Below, piece by piece: positions 50,949 to 59,785 of a stretch of 64,000 nucleotides of DNA. Every line of letters starts with the position of its first letter. The first letter of the stretch is position 1. This DNA is from a virus (Duplodnaviria; Caudoviricetes): the IMG/VR virus record IMGVR_UViG_3300028591_000124, positions 1-64,000 of that record; one strand, 5' to 3'. Under the pieces are notes generated by a model. It worked only from the letters and a program-made list of their open reading frames with translations, did no database searches and had not been told where the DNA came from. Position numbers and translations under genes: made by a program.

Positions 50949-51296
50949 ATGAAAAGAAAATTGCACATCAAGGAAAGACTCTACCTGATGAACATTCTTC
51001 CTCAGGAGAATTCGCTGGTTAATTTCCAGTTGAAGAAAGCCCTCATGAAGAAGGTCGAACTGACCGATGCAGAGCGTGAGAAATTCGAAGTCAAAATTAA
51101 TGAAGAGAGTCAGAATATGACATGGAATGCCCAGAAAGATTTTGATGATCCGACTGAGTTCGAATTCTCTGAAATGGAGTGCGAATATGTCCGTAATGCT
51201 ATAGAGGCACTGTCGGACGGTCAGCATCCAGACGAATACTGGCTAATAGTTACGTCATTGTACGACAAGCTCCAGAATACGGAGCAGACAAAGTAG
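50949..51296 (+). CDS. Hypothetical protein
   Basis: 115-aa ORF followed by terminator. Confidence 0.55.
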   Translation: MKRKLHIKERLYLMNILPQENSLVNFQLKKALMKKVELTDAEREKFEVKINEESQNMTWNAQKDFDDPTEFEFSEMECEYVRNAIEALSDGQHPDEYWLIVTSLYDKLQNTEQTK

Positions 51297-51321
51297 GTTT
51301 CATAAAGTATTTGTTTAGTTT

Positions 51322-51355
51322 CCTCCTGGTTTAATCAGCCAGGAGGTTTTCTTTT
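51322..51355 (+). terminator. Intrinsic terminator
   Basis: CCTCCTGG...CCAGGAGG + T-run. Confidence 0.75.
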
Positions 51356-51379
51356 GGCTATTTCTTATAAAAGAGTAAG

Positions 51380-52972
51380 ATGAGAAAACTGACACCTTGT
51401 AAGGGAAAGATCAATTTTGAGCCATCATACAAACAATTTCTTGTATGGGAGATGCTTGAACCGAAACGTTGTGATAAATGTGGCGGTGAAATCGAGATGC
51501 GTCCAGTTGGTTTTGACAATAACGGAAATGTCATTAAGAAACCGTTCTGTAAGAAATGTGGAACTTCTGATATTCCGCGATTGGTTCTGTATGGAGGCGC
51601 AGCGGGATCTGGAAAGTCATGGCTTGGTTGTGCCTGGGGTGTTAGCACATGCCTCAGGTTTCCAGGTGCCAGGTTTGCTCTTTGCCGTAAAATCCTTAAG
51701 GTATTGAGAGGTACGACGTTTGTGACACTCCAGGGTGTGTTGAAAATGTTCGGCCTAAAAGAAGGTGTCAATTACCACGTTGATTACGTAAACCTCATTG
51801 TCACATTCTGGAATGGCTCTAAGATTATTTGTCTTGGACTGGAAGACAAGCCAAGTGATCCTGAATTCTCTTGGTTGGGTTCTTACGAAATCACAGCTGG
51901 ATACATTGATGAGGCATCTGAGGTTTCAGAAAAGGCTGTCGAGGTACTTCTTTCTCGTTGCCGTTGGATGATTGCTGAGACATTCCTGGTTCCAAAGGTT
52001 CTGATGGGTACGAACCCAGCTATATGTTGGTTGAGAGAGAAATTCGTTCAAGATGAAAACGGAAAGCCACTGGAAGCCCTGCCAGAAGGTTACAGGTTTG
52101 TGCCTGCTACAGTATTCGACAACAAGGATCCAGATTTCGTCGCAGTGTATGTCAACAACCTTCTCAATATTAAGGATGCATATACACGAAACCGTCTTTT
52201 ACATGGCTTGTGGGACAATCCTTCTGGCAATGCCAATGCAGCATATCACTCATTCAATTCTATCGTACATACAAAGACAGGATTACGTGAAAGAGTGTAC
52301 AATAAGCTGCGTCCACTCATATTGAGCTTTGACTTCAATGTGGCACCTTATTCTACGTGTATTGTCTGTCAGATAGATTACGACCACAAAGTGTTCTATG
52401 TCCTGGAAGAAATACTTGGCAAAGTCAAGGAAAAGACAAACAACACCCCAGCACTGGCTAAATTGGTTTCAGAGACTTTGAGCGCAAGAGGGCATTTGGG
52501 TGGCGTTATTATTACTGGTGATCCGAGTGGGGCGAGTAGATCAACACAATCTGAGGATGGCGTTAATAATTTCACAATTATTCAAAAATTCATGAATGAT
52601 GATATTCTAAGGCCAAGGTTACAACTTCTGAATAAACAGCCGGCACACATCACCAGATTGGATTTTATCAACCAGTTATTCGAAGGGTATGACGGCTGGA
52701 GCATCCAGATAGATTTCAGGTGCCACAAACTTACGGAGGACCTGTTGCGCCAAATGAAAAACGAGGATGGAACCAAATGCAAGCATGTCGGACTCAGCCC
52801 TGACGGTATCAAATGCGAACTACTTGGCCACTGTAGCGATGCCTTTGATTATGCTGTTGTTACATTCCTTGGAAAGATGTACTCCAAGTTCAAGGCACAT
52901 GTATCATCACCAATTGTCACGATTCCAGATTACATGAATGCCTATGGAGTTGCATCAGAATGGGATTACTGA
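51380..52972 (+). CDS. terL: Terminase large subunit
   Basis: GGAAGSGKS, YIDEA, MGTNP, SFDFN, HCSDAFDY. Confidence 0.93.
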   Translation: MRKLTPCKGKINFEPSYKQFLVWEMLEPKRCDKCGGEIEMRPVGFDNNGNVIKKPFCKKCGTSDIPRLVLYGGAAGSGKSWLGCAWGVSTCLRFPGARFALCRKILKVLRGTTFVTLQGVLKMFGLKEGVNYHVDYVNLIVTFWNGSKIICLGLEDKPSDPEFSWLGSYEITAGYIDEASEVSEKAVEVLLSRCRWMIAETFLVPKVLMGTNPAICWLREKFVQDENGKPLEALPEGYRFVPATVFDNKDPDFVAVYVNNLLNIKDAYTRNRLLHGLWDNPSGNANAAYHSFNSIVHTKTGLRERVYNKLRPLILSFDFNVAPYSTCIVCQIDYDHKVFYVLEEILGKVKEKTNNTPALAKLVSETLSARGHLGGVIITGDPSGASRSTQSEDGVNNFTIIQKFMNDDILRPRLQLLNKQPAHITRLDFINQLFEGYDGWSIQIDFRCHKLTEDLLRQMKNEDGTKCKHVGLSPDGIKCELLGHCSDAFDYAVVTFLGKMYSKFKAHVSSPIVTIPDYMNAYGVASEWDY

Positions 52973-52997
52973 AGCTATTTAAAATAAAGAATGAATT

Positions 52998-54059
52998 ATG
53001 GCATACAGACGATTTCTTAATGATACCGATTACCTCTCCACAATGACGGAGCAAGGTATGGCTCAACTGATCCGTGACCGTCATAATCGCGTGATTCAGG
53101 CAGAGCAAAGCGCGGAGCTGTCTATCATAGAGTATTTGAAGCAGCACTATATGATAGAAGAAGAGCTTCTGATAGGTAAAAAGATTGCCGAATATAACAA
53201 CCAGATTACCTATCCACCAGATGTCTATTTTTTGTATCCAGATGCTGAAGATGACAACAGACTCCATGTGTTCAGGACTCTTACAAGCATAAACGCCATC
53301 AAACGTCCTACAGATAAATTGTATTGGCGTGAAATGGATAGCTTTGAGGATATTGGCAATCTGGAAGAAATACCGATGTATTCCCAGATGGTTACCTGGA
53401 AGCCAGGTATGAAAGTCAAGTACAATAATTCTGTATGGTTGTGTGTCGCCGGTAATGGTATTGAATTTAAGAATATCCAAATACCAGGCGTGATTGCTTG
53501 GAAGAGGATTGAGACTTATGAGTGGCAACCGAACCTCTCATATAATTTCTATGATGTTGTTCGTTTTGAGGGTGAGTTTTTCATGCTTCTGGATACGGCT
53601 AATCTGGAAACCCTTGACAAGACCCAGAATCCAGTGATTTCTGAAGCATGGGGGCAGATAGGTGACTACACTGAGGAATACAACTATGATGTCAATGAAC
53701 ATGAGTATGTCGTATTCAAAGATGAGGTTTATTATCCGATCATGCCTGTAAATGCTGAGGAACCAGTCCCAAATGAGAACATCATACTGGATGATCCAAG
53801 AAACCTCAATCTTGTCAAGCACATGACGCGCCTTGCTGTTTATGAGTTGCACAAATTGATTTCTCCTACCAATATTTCAAATGTGCGCATCAATGATTAC
53901 AATGATTCTATATTGTGGTTGAGGGATGCCCAGAAATTTAAACTCGATCCCCAGATTCCACGTAGGATTGACGAAAAGGAGAATTACCCATATACAGGTA
54001 GTGTTGTGGTTGATTTTGCGCGTGAGCTGGATCCTTGGAAGATGACGTGGTTTGTATAA
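52998..54059 (+). CDS. Head-tail adaptor-like protein with inserted Trp/Tyr carbohydrate-binding-like repeats
   Basis: RFLNDTDY...AEQSA N-terminus and RNLNLVKHMTRLAVYEL C-terminus (DUF1320-like). Confidence 0.5.
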   Translation: MAYRRFLNDTDYLSTMTEQGMAQLIRDRHNRVIQAEQSAELSIIEYLKQHYMIEEELLIGKKIAEYNNQITYPPDVYFLYPDAEDDNRLHVFRTLTSINAIKRPTDKLYWREMDSFEDIGNLEEIPMYSQMVTWKPGMKVKYNNSVWLCVAGNGIEFKNIQIPGVIAWKRIETYEWQPNLSYNFYDVVRFEGEFFMLLDTANLETLDKTQNPVISEAWGQIGDYTEEYNYDVNEHEYVVFKDEVYYPIMPVNAEEPVPNENIILDDPRNLNLVKHMTRLAVYELHKLISPTNISNVRINDYNDSILWLRDAQKFKLDPQIPRRIDEKENYPYTGSVVVDFARELDPWKMTWFV

Positions 54060-54149
54060 TATATAATAATGTACGTGCGCGAAAGGATGTTTTCTTGTTT
54101 CTCATAATTGATTGATTAATAAATAAATTGAAGTGTTTTCTTACTCTCT

Positions 54150-54180
54150 TAAGGCCCCATCCGTGAGGACAGGGCCTTTA
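54150..54180. terminator. Hairpin between convergent units carrying CATCCGTGAGGACAG
   Basis: AAGGCCC...GGGCCTT stem. Confidence 0.65.
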
Positions 54181-54186
54181 AGTTTG

Positions 54187-55464
54187 TCAGAAGTCAGTTG
54201 CGCTTAATACCATGTCTCTGGAAGTCACGTCTCCTTGGTTGTTGTAATAGATAGCCTCGCAGTTCTTCACTGATGTGCCTGCCAGATTTGCTACATATAT
54301 TATCGGTATTCCTTTGCTGATATAGTGCGTGATCCCAGTATGTCTGAATACATAATTGTGAAGAGGGAAATTGACACCAATAATAGGCCCAACTTTTTTT
54401 AGCCATACATTGACTCTCTGGACGAATTTGTTAATGTCCTGGTTATTGTCTTTATAGTGCGCGACTCTCGCATTAGTACGAACAGGAAATATGTATCCAT
54501 CCTTGGATTTTTTCTTCCACCTTTTCATTATATCTCTCATTCGTGGATTAATTGGTACAGAACAATCCGTAGACTGCTTTCCAGCTATCTTTCTTCTTTT
54601 AAATACAAAATGATCAACACCATTAAGAGTCTGGATGTCATCATACTTTAGGCATAGCGCATCACATGGAGACTGACATGTATATAGTATGAAGGTACAA
54701 AAATCGTGGTACAGTTGCGATTTCCAGGCCATCTGAGGAGATTTTGGATGTACTGGTAGCTGATTCTTCGTCATGTTAATAAAGGCATTACATTGGGCTT
54801 TTGTCAACGTCTCGTATTTATGGACCGATTCTTTGTTTTTCTTGGCCCAACGCACACCCTTCAGACTATTAATATCAAAATACCCCATTTTGTCACCCCA
54901 GTTTAATGTGGCATGAAGAGACTGGGAAACGTAGTATTTGCACCCTTCACCTCGTTCTGATTCCAGATAATCCAGAATATCATTGACAAGATCAACTGTT
55001 ATATCGGACAATTGTATATCATTATAGTTCTGGTGATTGGACCTAAAATATTCTTTGATTCGCTTTTCTGCTTTCTCATAAGCACCATAAGTACCTTTCA
55101 TACTGCCATCTTTGTGTTTCTCCATCTTCTTTTCGACTATCATACGAGAAATAAGCCAGTGAAGGCTGGAGTGGTCTTCTTCTTTTTCCTGTGTTTTGAC
55201 AGCAAGCAGGAGCCCTGACAGAGAACCTTCCCAGTTCTTTGCCAATTCATCGTAGGGCCTTCTGAAGTCTTCCAGGATCTTGTTGTTTTCCTCAGCGAGT
55301 GGGGCAGACTTAGTGAAACACTGGCGTTTCTGGTTCCATTGGCGTTTCTTGAAAGTGCCACGTAGAAGCCTTGTTACGCTTACATACCTGACTTCACCAT
55401 TTTTGTAAAGTCTTAATCTCAAACCGAATGTTGAGCCGAATGACTGATAATTTACAGTTACCAT
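54187..55464 (-). CDS. int: Tyrosine recombinase/integrase
   Basis: Arm-binding N-terminus, SAM-like core, HNYVFRHT, LAGTS, IYY. Confidence 0.88.
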   Translation of the reverse strand: MVTVNYQSFGSTFGLRLRLYKNGEVRYVSVTRLLRGTFKKRQWNQKRQCFTKSAPLAEENNKILEDFRRPYDELAKNWEGSLSGLLLAVKTQEKEEDHSSLHWLISRMIVEKKMEKHKDGSMKGTYGAYEKAEKRIKEYFRSNHQNYNDIQLSDITVDLVNDILDYLESERGEGCKYYVSQSLHATLNWGDKMGYFDINSLKGVRWAKKNKESVHKYETLTKAQCNAFINMTKNQLPVHPKSPQMAWKSQLYHDFCTFILYTCQSPCDALCLKYDDIQTLNGVDHFVFKRRKIAGKQSTDCSVPINPRMRDIMKRWKKKSKDGYIFPVRTNARVAHYKDNNQDINKFVQRVNVWLKKVGPIIGVNFPLHNYVFRHTGITHYISKGIPIIYVANLAGTSVKNCEAIYYNNQGDVTSRDMVLSATDF

Positions 55465-55499
55465 AACTACAGAATTTTGCTGTTAATCAACTACTTACG

Positions 55500-55840
55500 C
55501 ACATTTTTAGCACTCGATTTTTAGTCATTTGTGCATCAAATGTGCATTTTTCGTCGATTTCGCGCTGGAATTATGCCAAACTCTGTAGTTTTTGCAGCTA
55601 ATTTTTCAGAGACTGCCTTTGCGCGTAAGTGGCTGTTTTTCAGTGAATTGTGGGTACTTTTTCAGGTGATTTTTGTCATCTAAAATTTCCCCAAAGAGCG
55701 GAAGGTGAGGGATTCGAACCCCCGGAACGCTGTAAAAACGTTCACCTGATTTCGAGTCAGGCACATTCGACCACTCTGTCAACTCTCCAAACAGCCCTTT
55801 TCGAGTGTTAAAATGCACAAATCATGCACATGTGCATCCA
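55500..55840. other. Probable attP region with arm-type repeats
   Basis: TGTGCAT/ATGCACA repeats and an inverted repeat on both sides of tRNA-Ser, next to int. Confidence 0.55.
55699..55788 (-). tRNA. tRNA-Ser(CGA)
   Basis: Anticodon arm CCTGA-CTCGAAA-TCAGG, long variable arm, imperfect acceptor stem. Confidence 0.9.
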
Positions 55841-55861
55841 ATCGGGGGTGCTTTTGCGCCG

Positions 55862-55869
55862 CAAAGGTA
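55862..55869 (-). promoter_or_regulatory. Bacteroidetes -7 box for tRNA-Ser/int
   Basis: TACCTTTG on minus strand. Confidence 0.65.
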
Positions 55870-55990
55870 TTCATATTTTTTGATTTTTCCAAACCCTTTA
55901 TATATAATAATTCTTAAAAGGTTTCAAAAAATTATCTTGCAGCTACTTTTTCATGTAAAAATACCATATATAAATAATGTACGCGAATCA

Positions 55991-56030
55991 AATAAAAACC
56001 TCTCCAGATTTACACGCTTACTGGAGAGGT
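55991..56030 (-). terminator. Intrinsic terminator after tRNA-Arg
   Basis: ACCTCTCCAG...CTGGAGAGGT followed by TTTTATT on minus strand. Confidence 0.75.
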
Positions 56031-56098
56031 CGGTCTTGAAGTACAGTAAAAATGGCTGGTAGCTTCACCAGCTTGGTTGCGAACGGACTGCTACTGCG

Positions 56099-56175
56099 TG
56101 GTGATCCAGAGGAGTCTCGAACTCCTGACCTACCGCTTAGGAGGCGGTTGCTCTATCCAACTGAGCTACTGGACC
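56099..56175 (-). tRNA. tRNA-Arg(CCU) with encoded CCA
   Basis: GGTCCAG/CTGGATC acceptor, ACCGC-CTCCTAA-GCGGT anticodon arm. Confidence 0.94.
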
Positions 56176-56388
56176 GAAAAAGACCTGGGAACTTTACAGT
56201 CACCAGGCCCATGAGCTAAAGTAAGAATTTACCTTCAATTTCACATTATTAAATAGATAGAGTATTCCGTTATTCGGTTACAATATCTGGAGAAGGCTCA
56301 GTGATGTCTCTCCTATCAAAATGAATTTCCGGAACCTCTAAATAGTCTCTGACCCGAAGAGAGTCAAGTTCTTCTTTGCTTACCTTTT

Positions 56389-56577
56389 TCATGTCATTTC
56401 TATTAGGTCCACAAAAAGATTGCAGTTGTCATGAGGCTGAAAGTATGGTACACTTGGATGCTTGTGTTTTGGAGCCTCCTTAGTGAGCCATGCCCGATAA
56501 CACTTATCGCGCTTCGGGCACGTCTCGTTAGTACAGTGGCACACATCAGCTATATAGACAGGCTTGATTTCAGACAT
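56389..56577 (-). CDS. Small Cys-rich protein
   Basis: CHC...CPKRDKCYR...C. Confidence 0.55.
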   Translation of the reverse strand: MSEIKPVYIADVCHCTNETCPKRDKCYRAWLTKEAPKHKHPSVPYFQPHDNCNLFVDLIEMT

Positions 56578-56809
56578 GACGTTCTACCAGGTCTACGATG
56601 TCCTTGACGGTCTCAACGTTCTCAGCGTCTTCATCTGGAATGCGAATAGGAAACTCATGTTCAAGTTCCATAATGATTTCGACACAATCAAGAGAATCTG
56701 CCCCAAAATCAGATTCGAGGTTCGACTCCATCTTTACACTTTCCTGATCAATGCCAAGTTTGTCAACCAGGATCTCAGTCACTTTTGATACAATTTCATT
56801 TCTTTCCAT
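56570..56809 (-). CDS. acpP: Acyl carrier protein
   Basis: FGADSLDCVE phosphopantetheine site; IPDEDAE..TV. Confidence 0.93.
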   Translation of the reverse strand: MERNEIVSKVTEILVDKLGIDQESVKMESNLESDFGADSLDCVEIIMELEHEFPIRIPDEDAENVETVKDIVDLVERHV

Positions 56810-57122
56810 AATGTTTAAATTTTAATGATACGAATAGAGTTTTTGTCTTTACCGCGATTGTAGTTCTTTTGGAACTGTTCGGCATCTACACTGGATTGAG
56901 CGCGATACACCTCAATCCAATTGCCCCAAGGATCTTTCTTTTGAACTGCATACATAATTTATAGGGTTTAAAGTTTCATTTCTTTGATAACTGTCACAAC
57001 ATGCTCCTGAAGGCACCCAGCTCTCATTGCCTCATGACGAATGAATCTGTTGATGTCTTTCTCGATCTCCTCTCGATTTATGTGTGGAGGAAGGATTACT
57101 GGCGGTTCTACGTGTCCCATAA

Positions 57123-57443
57123 TTATTGTTCTTTGATTACGTTTAAATCGATATAAGTGTCACCGGCAAATATGGTATAGACAATCCTGTTGTTTGGTTT
57201 ACTCTTATCGTCCTTGACACATTTTCGATGTTGGTTGTCGGCAACTTCAGCAAGCCTGTCGGCCAACTCATCAGAAGTAGTGTGTTCCTCTACCCAGGGC
57301 ATAGCCATAAGATCTAAATCATGAACTACAGAACCATGTATGCCAAGTGCCCAGCCACATTCAGCTGCCACTTTACGCAATTCTGGGAATCTGAATACCC
57401 AAAAGATTGCATTATTGTCTTTTAGTTTTTCCAAATTGAACAT
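57123..57443 (-). CDS. Hypothetical protein (nucleotidyltransferase-like GS..DLD)
   Basis: HGSVVHDLDL motif. Confidence 0.45.
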   Translation of the reverse strand: MFNLEKLKDNNAIFWVFRFPELRKVAAECGWALGIHGSVVHDLDLMAMPWVEEHTTSDELADRLAEVADNQHRKCVKDDKSKPNNRIVYTIFAGDTYIDLNVIKEQ

Positions 57444-57446
57444 ATA

Positions 57447-57944
57447 TCAAACGATTAATTTATCAGACCCATCAGCAAATCTGTGTGACGGAAACTTTCC
57501 TTCCAGAATCCATTCTTGCACAATATCCATCAGTCTTCCAGTGATGAATCTGACACATTCCAAAATATATTCTGTAGCACAGTTTCCATTGTTGTCACGA
57601 TGAACAAAATTTATGATTCTCTCACACGAATACGCCATTTTATAAAAACGTCCATCGTGTAGCAATGTGATGTATATCATTGGATAAGGTTCTTTTGTTT
57701 TGGAACCTACCAAGACTTCATAGAATCCACCGGCACATTCATTTTGACCAATAGTGAAAATGATGTTTTTGATTGCAGCAAATCGATAATTCTTCTGTAA
57801 ATTCCTTATGTAATCACATCGTATTTCGGAACCATTAATGCCACATATACCAATACAATTTTCTGGTGCATGGTCTGTCGCAATGAAGAATCCACGTTTT
57901 GACAATTCATCATTCAGTGACTTATAAAAATACCTTTCGATCAT
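57447..57944 (-). CDS. Hypothetical protein
   Basis: Tightly packed minus-strand ORF. Confidence 0.55.
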   Translation of the reverse strand: MIERYFYKSLNDELSKRGFFIATDHAPENCIGICGINGSEIRCDYIRNLQKNYRFAAIKNIIFTIGQNECAGGFYEVLVGSKTKEPYPMIYITLLHDGRFYKMAYSCERIINFVHRDNNGNCATEYILECVRFITGRLMDIVQEWILEGKFPSHRFADGSDKLIV

Positions 57945-58459
57945 AAGCTTTCCAGTATGTTTATCAGGTTTTGCACTGACGGAGCAACAACAGTCGTACC
58001 AGAGAAATTAAGATACGGAAGAGCCTGCGGGAACTGTTCCTTGACACGATTTTCGTATGCCAGTTCAGTTAAAACTGTCACGCAATCATTGTAAAAGCTT
58101 GATGCTTTGCTTTCCAGCTCCCTCTTTTCACGCTGTATCTTTGTCAATTTCACATACTCCTTTGGATCAATGTTAATACAACGATAGAATGGATATGGGA
58201 TATTGCCAACGTAGATTTCAACATAGGATCCGCTACCGCCACCATCTGCATGAAAACTGATTCTATCACACTTTTGATAACAATCCCTGTGATTGTTGAA
58301 AGCATCACGTACCTCAGCAGGAATATATTTTTCAATAAGTTCATCTACATAAGAGAGAATGCTTTCTTGGATCTTCTTAATTTTTGGTTCAAACTTGTCT
58401 TGCTTCATTTCTCTGGCCGCTTTCTTGGCCATTTCCTTTGTAATTCTTTGGTTTGCCAT
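57941..58459 (-). CDS. Nmad5-like hypothetical protein
   Basis: RITKEM N-terminus and RVKEQFPQALPYL C-terminus. Confidence 0.4.
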   Translation of the reverse strand: MANQRITKEMAKKAAREMKQDKFEPKIKKIQESILSYVDELIEKYIPAEVRDAFNNHRDCYQKCDRISFHADGGGSGSYVEIYVGNIPYPFYRCINIDPKEYVKLTKIQREKRELESKASSFYNDCVTVLTELAYENRVKEQFPQALPYLNFSGTTVVAPSVQNLINILESL

Positions 58460-58477
58460 AACTATTTGAGATTAAAT

Positions 58478-58666
58478 TTATTTTTTGTCTATATGGTGCT
58501 CACAAGCAACATCCATCGGTTTGATGTATGCATTTGCCTGATAACCGCCACTCTTACTACGTTCTATCTGCAACTTCCATTGACAATAATATTGTTTCTT
58601 GTCGCCACGTATGCCTTTCCAGAAGAAATTGCAGAAGTCACAACTTTTACATCGCTTTGCTTTCAT
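58478..58666 (-). CDS. Small Cys-rich protein
   Basis: MKAKRCKSCDFC...C...ACEHH; likely start 58666. Confidence 0.45.
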   Translation of the reverse strand: MKAKRCKSCDFCNFFWKGIRGDKKQYYCQWKLQIERSKSGGYQANAYIKPMDVACEHHIDKK

Positions 58667-58973
58667 ATTCTTTAATTGCTTCAAGTCCATGTTTGGTAAT
58701 TTTGTATCCAGTGCCATGATACCCAGGATTGCGAGATTCCCAGCGTACCAATTTTCTTTTCTGTAGTTTGCTGAGATAAGAACCGGCACATAACCAAGCC
58801 TTTTTTCCAGCACAAGCACCATTACCGCTATTGGCTATAGCAGTAAACAAATACTTTTTATCTGGGTCATCGCCCCAGAACTTCATAGCGAAATTATTTG
58901 CTGACATAACCATGCAATAGTTCTTGGTGACTTCCAGAACCTTCAGAGCCTTATATGTTTTTGTTGTAATCAT
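58647..58973 (-). CDS. Winged-helix-like hypothetical protein
   Basis: LSKLQKRKLV...YKITKHGLEAI. Confidence 0.5.
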   Translation of the reverse strand: MITTKTYKALKVLEVTKNYCMVMSANNFAMKFWGDDPDKKYLFTAIANSGNGACAGKKAWLCAGSYLSKLQKRKLVRWESRNPGYHGTGYKITKHGLEAIKEYESKAM

Positions 58974-59773
58974 TGCAATAATTTGATTTGTGAATTGATA
59001 ACGAATTGGAGCTTATCCGGATCTTTAATAAAATCTTTGATTTGCTCATTCATCTTGCAGATGGCGATAAGAATATCATGGAAGAATTTAGCATTTTGCT
59101 CTGTATAATCTATTTCACGTTTACCATTCATACTAAACGCACCCCATTTATTACCTTCTTTATAAGCGTCCAGAATATCAAATGCTTTTAGTCCAAAATG
59201 GTTAAGTCTCATTCCATATTCCCCAAGTTTCTTGGAATCATCATAATTTATTACCCAGTAGAATGTCTTTACTTTTCCACTCTTGAATTTTATTACTTGT
59301 TTATGATATACCTGAGCATAAACTCTAAATCCCCAACTTTCGCCTTCAGCTCTTTCAGTGCCTTCGTGCCAATTAGCACAACCATCTTTCAGTTCTTCAT
59401 CCTTAACATAATATCCATTAGGAACAGGTATTCCCTCAGACATGCAATATGAACAGAATGTTTTGATTTGGTACAAAATAACATTTCGATCCTCCAAAAT
59501 TTCCCCAGACACAGCTTCTTCAAGAATAGCTTCAAAATTCTTTTTCAATTCAGCGAGAGATGTGGCATAGAACGTTCCAGGCTTTCCAGTTCTTTTGTTA
59601 ATTGTTCCGCTCATATCAATGCCATAATCGAGTAGCATTTTTTGTTGTTCGTCATTCAGTGTGAAATAGAAATCACCATTTTTGGATACATTGATTTCCA
59701 CCTCAACACCAATTTGTTCGTTATAATCAACAGAACTCCGAACAGATATTTTATGTTTGCCTAATTTTGCCAT
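58970..59773 (-). CDS. Hypothetical protein
   Basis: 267-aa ORF. Confidence 0.6.
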   Translation of the reverse strand: MAKLGKHKISVRSSVDYNEQIGVEVEINVSKNGDFYFTLNDEQQKMLLDYGIDMSGTINKRTGKPGTFYATSLAELKKNFEAILEEAVSGEILEDRNVILYQIKTFCSYCMSEGIPVPNGYYVKDEELKDGCANWHEGTERAEGESWGFRVYAQVYHKQVIKFKSGKVKTFYWVINYDDSKKLGEYGMRLNHFGLKAFDILDAYKEGNKWGAFSMNGKREIDYTEQNAKFFHDILIAICKMNEQIKDFIKDPDKLQFVINSQIKLLQ

Positions 59774-59785
59774 TGTTGTTGATTT

